DNA of 32,520 nucleotides from contig JBBQRQ010000055.1 of the NCBI GenBank assembly GCA_038214755.1, positions 1 through 32,520 of the forward strand. The letters run 5' to 3'. This document shows, one piece after another, positions 25,912 to 32,520 of the stretch. A model generated the notes under the pieces. That model made no database searches and had not been told where the DNA came from. It saw only the letters and a list, made by a program, of their open reading frames with translations. This DNA comes from Verrucomicrobiota bacterium. Its GTDB lineage: Bacteria; Verrucomicrobiota; Verrucomicrobiia; Limisphaerales; CANJXF01. Within the stretch, counting starts at the first letter, position 1. Every line of letters begins with the position of its first letter. The position numbers and the translations under genes were made by a program.

Positions 25912-27630
25912 ATGCAGACATTGCACGAAAAACTTTTTCAGTCCTCCCGATTTCTCGTCGGGACTGAACTCGTTTCCGTGCGCGGATCGATGGCTGACCG
26001 CAACGCTGTAAAAGCTCGCACCTTCGCCAACGAACTCGTCGCGTGTCAGGACATTGATTGGATTTCCATCACTGACAACGCCGGTGGAAATCCGCAACTC
26101 GCGCCCACTGCTCTCGGCAAACCGATTCTTTACGCGGGCAAAGAAGTTGTCATTCATCTCACCTGCAAAGACCTCAATCGTAACGGTCTTGAGAGTGAAG
26201 CGTGGCTGCTCAACAGCGAAGGTTTTCACAACATCCTCGCGATGACCGGCGATTATCCCGTCGCAGGAAACGACGGCCTCGCCAAGCCGGTTTTCGATAT
26301 TGATTCGGTCGGATTGATTTCGATGCTCGATCAAATGAATCGCGGTTTCGATCCGAAAGATGCGCAAGGCAATCGCAAAAAACTGCAACATGACAAAACA
26401 CAATTTTGCATCGGCGCGGTCACGACGAATTACAAATTGCTCGAAGGCGAAGTGATGCCGCAATATTTCAAGCTCCAGAAAAAAGTCGAGTGCGGCGCGC
26501 AATTCATCATCAACCAAATCGGTTTTGATTCCCGCAAGACGAGCGAACTGCGCCTCTACATGGACGCCCACGCGATGCAGCCGACGCCCCTCATCGGAAA
26601 TGTTTATCTGTTGAACGGTCGCGTCGCGGAAATTTTCGCCGAGGGAAAAATCCCCGGCGTCGTTCTTCCGCAACCGTTGCTGGAGATTTGCCAGCGACAA
26701 AGCAAATCTTCCGATGGTGGAAAATCTTTCTTCTATGAATTCGCGGCCAAGCAAATGGCGATTTATCGCGGCCTCGGCTATCGCGGGGCGTATCTCGGCG
26801 GCGTGCATAATTTTCCAGCAGTCGAAAAAATCCTCGCGATTGAAAAAAGTTTTGCGCCTGATGATTGGAAACAATTTGCCCGCGAAATATATTTCTCGCG
26901 CCCCGGAGAATTCTTTTTCTACGCGGAAAATCCCGCGACCGGACTTGCAGACGTCACCAGACGAAATCCAGTTCCAGCCAAACCATCAAAGCACGTTGGG
27001 CTTATGTATTTTATTTCCAAGGCGGTTCACAATTTGATGTTCACGCCCGGCAGCGCGGTGTCGAAGTTTGGCGCGAAAATTTGCCGGAATGCCAAAGACC
27101 CGATGCAAGGCCCCAAGCCGATGCGCGTTGTTGAGCACGTGAGCAAAGCCGTTTTGTATTCGTGCAAAGATTGCGGTGATTGCTCGCTGCCCGACATCGC
27201 GTTCCTTTGTCCCGAATCGCAATGCGCCAAGAACCAGCGCAACGGTCCGTGCGGCGGCACACGCGAAGGACGTTGCGAAGTGGATGGCTACGGCGATTGC
27301 ATTTGGTTGCGCGCCTACGAACGATTGAAACACGATGGCAACGAAGAACATTTAGTTGACCATGCGCCCGTCGTGCAAAATCAGGGACTGCGCGGCACGT
27401 CCGCGTGGGCAAATTTCTGGCTCGGTCGCGACCATGCCGCGAAACAGGAAGGTAGGGCGCGTCACACCGTGCGCGCCGAGGCTTCGTGTGTGGACGACGG
27501 CGCGCACGGAGTGACGCGCCCTACCACCGACCCAAACAAACAAGCCGCGCAACGAACTGACCAGAGCCGTGAATCTGCCACACCAGCGGCGAGCGATTCT
27601 CCTTCTCCTCGGGGGAGAGGGCCGGGGTGA
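25912..27630 (+). CDS. metF: Methylenetetrahydrofolate reductase fused to a C-terminal Cys-rich MetV/MTHFR_C domain
   Basis: ISITDNAGG, IHLTCKDLNR, NILAMTGDYP, KKVECGAQFIINQIGFD, then CKDCGDC...CPESQCAKNQRNGPCGG...CEV...CIW. The last ~60 aa are largely repeat-derived. Confidence 0.88.
   Translation: MQTLHEKLFQSSRFLVGTELVSVRGSMADRNAVKARTFANELVACQDIDWISITDNAGGNPQLAPTALGKPILYAGKEVVIHLTCKDLNRNGLESEAWLLNSEGFHNILAMTGDYPVAGNDGLAKPVFDIDSVGLISMLDQMNRGFDPKDAQGNRKKLQHDKTQFCIGAVTTNYKLLEGEVMPQYFKLQKKVECGAQFIINQIGFDSRKTSELRLYMDAHAMQPTPLIGNVYLLNGRVAEIFAEGKIPGVVLPQPLLEICQRQSKSSDGGKSFFYEFAAKQMAIYRGLGYRGAYLGGVHNFPAVEKILAIEKSFAPDDWKQFAREIYFSRPGEFFFYAENPATGLADVTRRNPVPAKPSKHVGLMYFISKAVHNLMFTPGSAVSKFGAKICRNAKDPMQGPKPMRVVEHVSKAVLYSCKDCGDCSLPDIAFLCPESQCAKNQRNGPCGGTREGRCEVDGYGDCIWLRAYERLKHDGNEEHLVDHAPVVQNQGLRGTSAWANFWLGRDHAAKQEGRARHTVRAEASCVDDGAHGVTRPTTDPNKQAAQRTDQSRESATPAASDSPSPRGRGPG
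27451..27525. repeat. GTAG-type REPIN inside the metF 3' coding region
   Basis: GGTAGGGCGCGTCACACCGTGCGCGCCG (27451-27478) / 27498-27525, one mismatch in 28 bp. Confidence 0.88.
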
Positions 27631-27635
27631 GGGCG
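27597..27635. repeat. GGGAGAGGGCCGGGGTGAGGG-type repeat half element providing the metF stop
   Basis: TTCTCCTTCTCCTCGGGGGAGAGGGCCGGGGTGAGGGCG contains the TGA at 27628-27630. Single copy here, recognised by pattern. Confidence 0.5.
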
Positions 27636-27700
27636 GGCGTTCAACTATTTTTTTCAAAATCAAGTTCACAGCAAAAAAAAATCATCATTATGACGAAGAC

Positions 27701-28075
27701 ATAAAGATTCCCGCGAACTATCAAACCGTCATGCCTTACTTGATCGTCCGGGAAGCGGCAGAATTTATTTCGTTTACAAAAAAAGTTTTCGGAGCGGTGC
27801 AAACGCACAAAGCGATGAGAGATGAGCGCACGATCATGCACGCCGAAATCATGATTGGCGAATGCACGATTATGTTCGCGGATGCAACGCCTCAATTCCC
27901 CGAACGTCCGGCGGGATTATTTATTTACGTGCAAAACGCGGATGAAACTTATGACAAGGCCATCGCCGCCGGGGCCGCTGCGCTGACTCCACTCTCGGAC
28001 CAGCCGTATGGCCGAAGCGGCGGAGTGAAAGACCCTTTTGGAAACTCTTGGTGGATTACGGCTGTATCAAAATAA
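27701..28075 (+). CDS. VOC/glyoxalase (PhnB-like) protein, start codon ambiguous
   Basis: KIPANYQTVMPYLIV...FTKKVFGA...IMHAEIMIG...DQPYGRSGGVKDPFGNSWWI. ATA sits at 27701 where Met is expected; the first in-frame ATG is at 27731. Confidence 0.8.
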   Translation: MKIPANYQTVMPYLIVREAAEFISFTKKVFGAVQTHKAMRDERTIMHAEIMIGECTIMFADATPQFPERPAGLFIYVQNADETYDKAIAAGAAALTPLSDQPYGRSGGVKDPFGNSWWITAVSK

Positions 28076-28079
28076 TTTT

Positions 28080-29018
28080 ATGAGCACCAAAAAACTTAAC
28101 ATCATCGGTGAGTTGATGAACAACTCCTACGCCCGCGCGCGTGACGCGTTCAGCGCCCGCAGCGTCGCCGGCTACCAAAACCTTGCGCGCGTCCAGACGG
28201 ATCTCGGGGCGGCGTTCCTCACACTCAACGTGGACGGCACGCAGCGCATCCAGGTCAGGATGCCAGAGATGCTCGCGTTTCTGCCCGATGTCATCCCCGC
28301 GATTCAAGAAACCACCGCCACACCGATCAGCTTCGACAATCCTTCGGTGGAATATCACAAAGTCGCGCTCAAATATTACGACCGGAAAAAAAGCGGCCCG
28401 CCCATCGTGAATTCTCTCGCCGCCTCGCGCACGCACCTCGATGAAATGGTAGAACTGGTCAAGCACTACGACACGATGGCCGTCGTCATGGCCTCGGAAC
28501 AATTCACACCCGGTGGTCCGGCACAATGTCTCAATCCGCAGGACGCTTACGTCGCCGCGAAACATTTTGTGGAATTGCTCCGCACCAAAGCCGGTCGCAC
28601 CAACGATCAGATCATCATTGATCCTGGCCTTGCGCCCGTTGGCGCGGACACTTACGGCCTCGTCAACATCGGCCTCGACGTGATGCGCATGATGAGCGCC
28701 GACCCGGATTTCAAGGGCGTTCACATGATTGTGGGTCTCTCGAATTTTGCGTGGGGCACGCCCAAAGGCATTCGCGAAGAATTGGAAAAAGCGTATCTCA
28801 CTCTCGGCATGGAAGTCGGACTGGATTTCGCGCTCGCCAATCCTGAAAAATTTCCGGGGCCGTTGCCGCCGGATCATCCGCTAGTCGGCAAACTCCGCGC
28901 CGCGCTCGCGGAAGGCCGTCAGCAACCCGGCGAATCCAGCGAGACCTCCGGTTTCCGCCAGGCCGAAGCGATCATGGCAATTTGCAACGAAGCGATGGCG
29001 GAGGCGGAACATCACTGA
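28080..29018 (+). CDS. Pterin-binding (DHPS-fold) methyltransferase, AcsE / MetH folate-domain-like
   Basis: IIGELMN, PISFDNP, PIVNSL, IIIDPGLAPVGAD, IVGLSNFAWGTP, GLDFALANP match the AcsE/MetH pterin-binding motif order. Confidence 0.82.
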   Translation: MSTKKLNIIGELMNNSYARARDAFSARSVAGYQNLARVQTDLGAAFLTLNVDGTQRIQVRMPEMLAFLPDVIPAIQETTATPISFDNPSVEYHKVALKYYDRKKSGPPIVNSLAASRTHLDEMVELVKHYDTMAVVMASEQFTPGGPAQCLNPQDAYVAAKHFVELLRTKAGRTNDQIIIDPGLAPVGADTYGLVNIGLDVMRMMSADPDFKGVHMIVGLSNFAWGTPKGIREELEKAYLTLGMEVGLDFALANPEKFPGPLPPDHPLVGKLRAALAEGRQQPGESSETSGFRQAEAIMAICNEAMAEAEHH

Positions 29019-29055
29019 AAGCCGCGCGAAATTATGGCGACCAAATACGATCTTC

Positions 29056-29273
29056 AATCCCAAAGGGATTGCATCACTCAGCCCAAGGTTGCGAGGCACA
29101 AGCTACCTTGGGTCAACCGTCAAACAAATCAACAACCCCAACGGGGTTGCAGTCTTCGTCATTCGTTCCCAGTTGACACAACCCCGTTGGGGTTGAAAAC
29201 ATTTTTTCGTATCGTTCCCAGGGTAGCTCGTTCCTCGCAACCCTGGGCTAATGGCCGGAATCCCGTTGGGATT
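29056..29273. repeat. Large multi-hairpin palindromic element
   Basis: AATCCCAAAGGGATT / AATCCCGTTGGGATT termini, AGCCCAAGGTTGCGAGG / CCTCGCAACCCTGGGCT arms, CAACCCCAACGGGGTTG / CAACCCCGTTGGGGTTG inner pair. Confidence 0.88.
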
Positions 29274-29317
29274 CTCAGTTGCTCTCCGTTCCATTGATTG
29301 ATTCGTAAATTTTTTCC

Positions 29318-30700
29318 ATGATTTCCATCGCACAATCCGGCAAACAGATTTCCATTCCAGAAGCCACTAACAACCGCCGCGTCTGGTTGCGCGTCGGGAC
29401 ATTGCTCGATGGTGTCAGCACTCAACCACTCCGCGATGCGCATGTTGTTTATGACGCGAAACAAATTCTTTTCGTGGGCGATGCTCAAAAGTCACCGCCA
29501 CCGGATTTGTTGAATCCCGGCCAGCGCGAGCCGGATTTCAATTTGCCGGATTTTACTTTATTGCCTGGACTCATCGAAGCTCACGCGCATTTGTTCCTCG
29601 AAGGCGGCGAATTGAACATTGAGAAACGCTCCGATTACATAAAGCAGACTCCCGCCGAACTTTTGGAAGCCGCAAAAAAACGTCTCGAAAAAATCGTGCG
29701 ACTCGGCGTTATCGCCGTTCGCGATGCGGGCGATAAAGATGGCGTGGGTCTGGCCTTGAGCAAACTTTACATGACCCGTCGCCGCCGACGTGAGGAGGCG
29801 GATTCTTCCAGCGACAACGCCCGCGAAATCCGCCTCCTCACGTCGGCGGCTACATCGAATCCATTGATGCCTTACCTCGACAGCCCTGGCGCGGCGATTC
29901 ATCACAAAGGGCGTTACGGCAGTTTCATGGGCGAACCGATTGAAAATTATTCTTCGCCGCGCGCTTGTGTGGAAGGACGCGTGAATGCCGGAGCAGATCG
30001 CATCAAACTCATTTCCACCGGCATCATCAACTTCAAGCAAGGCGCGGTCACGACGGAACCGCAAATGACCAGCCACGAAATTTCCCAACTCGTCACCGCC
30101 GCAAAATCGTTTGGCAAACAAACCTTCGCCCACGCATCCGGCGACAAGGGAATTGAAAACGTCATCGAAGGCGGCGTGGATTCGGTCGAGCACGGATTTT
30201 TTATTCGCGAAGATCAGTTTGCCCGGATGCGCGACCGGCAAATCGCGTGGGTTCCCACATTCGCTCCGGTGCAAGAACAAGTGGATCACGCCGACATCAT
30301 GGGTTGGGATGCGACGATTGTTTCGAACCTTCAACGTATTCTCGATCAACACGCCGCCAGTCTGATAAAGGCCTATGAAATGGGCGTGCAAATCATTGCT
30401 GGGAGCGACGCCGGGTCAATCGGTGTCGCGCACGCGACCGGTTTTCTCCGCGAACTGGAATTGATGGAGCGCGCCGGTCTGCCATCGCTTGCGATTATCA
30501 ATGCCGCCACGGGCAACAGCGCCAATCGCCTCGGCTACAAAGAAAAATTCGGATTCATCACACCCGGATATTTAAGTCGGTTTATTCTCACCCGTCACTC
30601 ACCACTCGATGGCATAGGCAACCTCTCCAAACCAAAACACGTCATCTTCGACGGCATCGCCTACGAATCTAGAGAAAATCCTGACACAGCGGGATTGTGA
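29318..30700 (+). CDS. Metal-dependent amidohydrolase family protein
   Basis: TLLPGLIEAHAHL, AVRDAGD, GADRIKL, FAHASG, SVEHG, IAGSDAG, AATGNSA. Confidence 0.9.
   Translation: MISIAQSGKQISIPEATNNRRVWLRVGTLLDGVSTQPLRDAHVVYDAKQILFVGDAQKSPPPDLLNPGQREPDFNLPDFTLLPGLIEAHAHLFLEGGELNIEKRSDYIKQTPAELLEAAKKRLEKIVRLGVIAVRDAGDKDGVGLALSKLYMTRRRRREEADSSSDNAREIRLLTSAATSNPLMPYLDSPGAAIHHKGRYGSFMGEPIENYSSPRACVEGRVNAGADRIKLISTGIINFKQGAVTTEPQMTSHEISQLVTAAKSFGKQTFAHASGDKGIENVIEGGVDSVEHGFFIREDQFARMRDRQIAWVPTFAPVQEQVDHADIMGWDATIVSNLQRILDQHAASLIKAYEMGVQIIAGSDAGSIGVAHATGFLRELELMERAGLPSLAIINAATGNSANRLGYKEKFGFITPGYLSRFILTRHSPLDGIGNLSKPKHVIFDGIAYESRENPDTAGL
29778..29853. repeat. Family B REPIN, copy 2, in frame within the amidohydrolase
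   Basis: GTCGCCGCCGACGTGAGGAGGCGGATT / AATCCGCCTCCTCACGTCGGCGGCTAC; arms nearly identical to 14181-14253. Confidence 0.92.
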
Positions 30701-30710
30701 CGAAAGGAAT

Positions 30711-31628
30711 TTACTTTCGCGGCAGCAAGTCTTGGCCGCGAAGCCAATCGGTCGCGCGATCGGGCCAGGTGGCGGAAGGATTTTCTGTCCGCCGCAAACC
30801 GTAGCCATGTCCGCCGCTTGGATAAACGTGCAACTCGAACGGGATTTTCGCCTGCCTCAACGCGAGTGAATAGAGCAAAACATTTTCCACGTGGAGCGGA
30901 TCGTCCTCGGTCATCGCCATGAAGGTGGGCGGGTGATTTGCTGTGACTTTGACCTCTGAAGAAAGTTTTGTCAGATCATTTGTCGGTGTAAAATAAGCGG
31001 GGTAAATGAGCAGCGCGAAATCAGGACGGCAACTCACCGCATCGGCGGAATCCACGCTGGGATATTTGCGCTGCTCGGTATTGGCGCAAAGCGTCGCCGC
31101 CAAATGGCCGCCTGCCGAAAATCCGATGAGGCCGATTCTCTTTGGATCGATGTGGAGTTCCGAAGCGCTCTGCCGGATGAGACTCAAGGCGCGTTGCGCG
31201 TCCTGTAGCGGCGCGAAATGTTTATCCAAACCTTCACGGCGAGGAACGCGATATTTCAAAAGCACCGCCGTCACGCCAAGAGAATTAAGCCACTCACAAA
31301 TCTCTGTACCTTCGATGTCAGTCGCGAGAATGTTGTAAGCGCCACCCGGAAAAACTAAAACCGCCGTGCCGATATTTTTTTCCGAAGGAGGGAGGTAAAT
31401 GCTGATCGTCGGTTTTGAGACGTTACCGATTCGGATCACCGATTTGCCTGCGACTTGGCGGTCAGTCGGTTTTGTTATGTCTTTTTCTTCGCCAAGATTT
31501 CCTTTTTCACCGGGCGCGTCCCCCGGCCAAAGATTGATTTTTTTGGGAGGTTCGCTGGCACCCGCCCCTTTTGCCAACGATGCCATCATGCCGAGGACAA
31601 CAAGCGAACCAATGAAGACAGTTTTCAT
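30711..31628 (-). CDS. Secreted alpha/beta hydrolase (carbohydrate esterase/lipase-like)
   Basis: Signal peptide from ATG 31628; VLVFPGGAY, LKYRVP, LQDAQRA, IGLIGFSAGGHL, RPDFALLIYP, HVYPSGGHGYG. Confidence 0.9.
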   Translation of the reverse strand: MKTVFIGSLVVLGMMASLAKGAGASEPPKKINLWPGDAPGEKGNLGEEKDITKPTDRQVAGKSVIRIGNVSKPTISIYLPPSEKNIGTAVLVFPGGAYNILATDIEGTEICEWLNSLGVTAVLLKYRVPRREGLDKHFAPLQDAQRALSLIRQSASELHIDPKRIGLIGFSAGGHLAATLCANTEQRKYPSVDSADAVSCRPDFALLIYPAYFTPTNDLTKLSSEVKVTANHPPTFMAMTEDDPLHVENVLLYSLALRQAKIPFELHVYPSGGHGYGLRRTENPSATWPDRATDWLRGQDLLPRK

Positions 31629-31718
31629 GCGGTGAGTAAAACTGTTGCGCGTCGTTGAGTCGAAAACTTTTCTTGCGCCAGATCGCTCACGAATTTTTTC
31701 AGAACATCTGCGCCCCAA

Positions 31719-31820
31719 AAAGCGCCAGAGGACTGGCGCACTCCAAGACGCTTCGCGCTATTTTATGCACCGACGAAATTCGCGCGAGCGTCTTGGACTG
31801 CGGTAGTCCTCTACCGCTCT
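31719..31820. repeat. REP pair of the same family as 5197-5273, with the opposite arm orientation
   Basis: AAAGCGCCAGAGGACTGGCGCACTCCAAGACGCT (31719-31752) and AGCGTCTTGGACTGCGGTAGTCCTCTACCGCTCT (31787-31820). Confidence 0.85.
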
Positions 31821-31872
31821 CCTTTGAAAACTTCTTTGTCCGCTTTTGCGTCCGGTGGGCGTTTATGGGTGA

Positions 31873-32520
31873 ATGCTGCCGATGGATGACATGGTTTTAT
31901 TGCGCGAATACGCTCACGGACAATCCGAGTCCGCCTTTGCCGAGCTGGTTCGCCGCTACATCAATCTGATTTATTCCGCCGCGCTGCGACAGGTGCGCGA
32001 CCCGCATCTCGCCGAGGAAGTGACTCAGGCTGTCTTCATCATTCTCGCCCGCAAAGCCGGACGATTGCCCCAGGACACGGTGCTGTCGGGCTGGCTGCTC
32101 AAAGCCACTCGTTACGCGGCGAACAGCCAGATTCGGAGCGCCATCCGGCGGGCACAACGCGAACAGGAGGCATACATGCAATCCACTTTGAACGAACCAG
32201 ACGCAGCGGCGTGGGAACAACTCGCCCCGCTACTGGACGAAGCGATGACGTCGCTCAACGAAACCGACCGCAACGCGCTTGCGCTGCGATTTTTTGAAAA
32301 CAAAAGCGCGTTGGAAATCGCCGCCGCCTTGAAGATGAACGAGGAGGCGGCGCAGAAACGCGTGAGCCGCGCGCTGGAAAAGTTGCGGAAAATTTTCACC
32401 AAACGCGGCGTGCCGCTGACGACGGCGCTGATTGGGGGAGTGGTTTCAGCGAATTCTGTGCAAGCCGCACCGATTGGTTTAGCGATCACGGTCGCGGCGA
32501 CGGCGGCAAAGGGCGCCATA
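31873..32520 (+). CDS. ECF sigma-70 factor with C-terminal extension, 3' end outside the window
   Basis: Manual translation gives [62 protein letters not shown]...[35 protein letters not shown]. Start is 31873 or 31882. Confidence 0.92.
   Translation, partial: MLPMDDMVLLREYAHGQSESAFAELVRRYINLIYSAALRQVRDPHLAEEVTQAVFIILARKAGRLPQDTVLSGWLLKATRYAANSQIRSAIRRAQREQEAYMQSTLNEPDAAAWEQLAPLLDEAMTSLNETDRNALALRFFENKSALEIAAALKMNEEAAQKRVSRALEKLRKIFTKRGVPLTTALIGGVVSANSVQAAPIGLAITVAATAAKGAI

Noticed and set aside
25912..29018. Complete Wood-Ljungdahl pathway
   Set aside because: Only MetFV-like and AcsE-like genes are present. There is no CODH/ACS, corrinoid Fe-S protein, fhs or folD in the window.
5551..30391. 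Long antisense ORFs such as 5551-6534, 20415-21560, 25879-26874, 28056-28877 and 29558-30391
   Set aside because: They lie opposite well-supported genes, are expected from codon bias and show no recognisable motifs.

Overview
This is a bacterial chromosomal window, probably Verrucomicrobiota (Pedosphaera/Limisphaerales-like). That assignment is inferred from the prepilin/H-X9-DG gene, the PQQ propeller and the ECF sigma type. Left to right it holds: a TetR-controlled RND efflux operon interrupted by a repeat-flanked four-helix-bundle gene; a livKHMGF-type ABC operon; a PIN/small-protein pair and a MoxR ATPase; a PQQ-type beta-propeller; a NupG-like MFS transporter and tRNA-Pro(UGG); ispH, hicB and a disrupted hicA; a dGTPase and a guanine-deaminase-like gene; a CzcA/CusA-like RND pair; a prepilin-type gene; and an orphan sdhB/frdB. 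Divergent from sdhB/frdB lies a folate/C1 cluster (MetF-MetV fusion, VOC protein, AcsE-like pterin-binding methyltransferase, amidohydrolase), followed by an alpha/beta hydrolase and an ECF sigma factor. The most striking non-coding signal is roughly a dozen distinct families of REP/REPIN-like inverted-repeat elements. They occupy many intergenic gaps, nest inside each other, supply stop codons, sit in frame inside proteins and appear to have destroyed hicA. No transposase, integrase or CRISPR array is visible.
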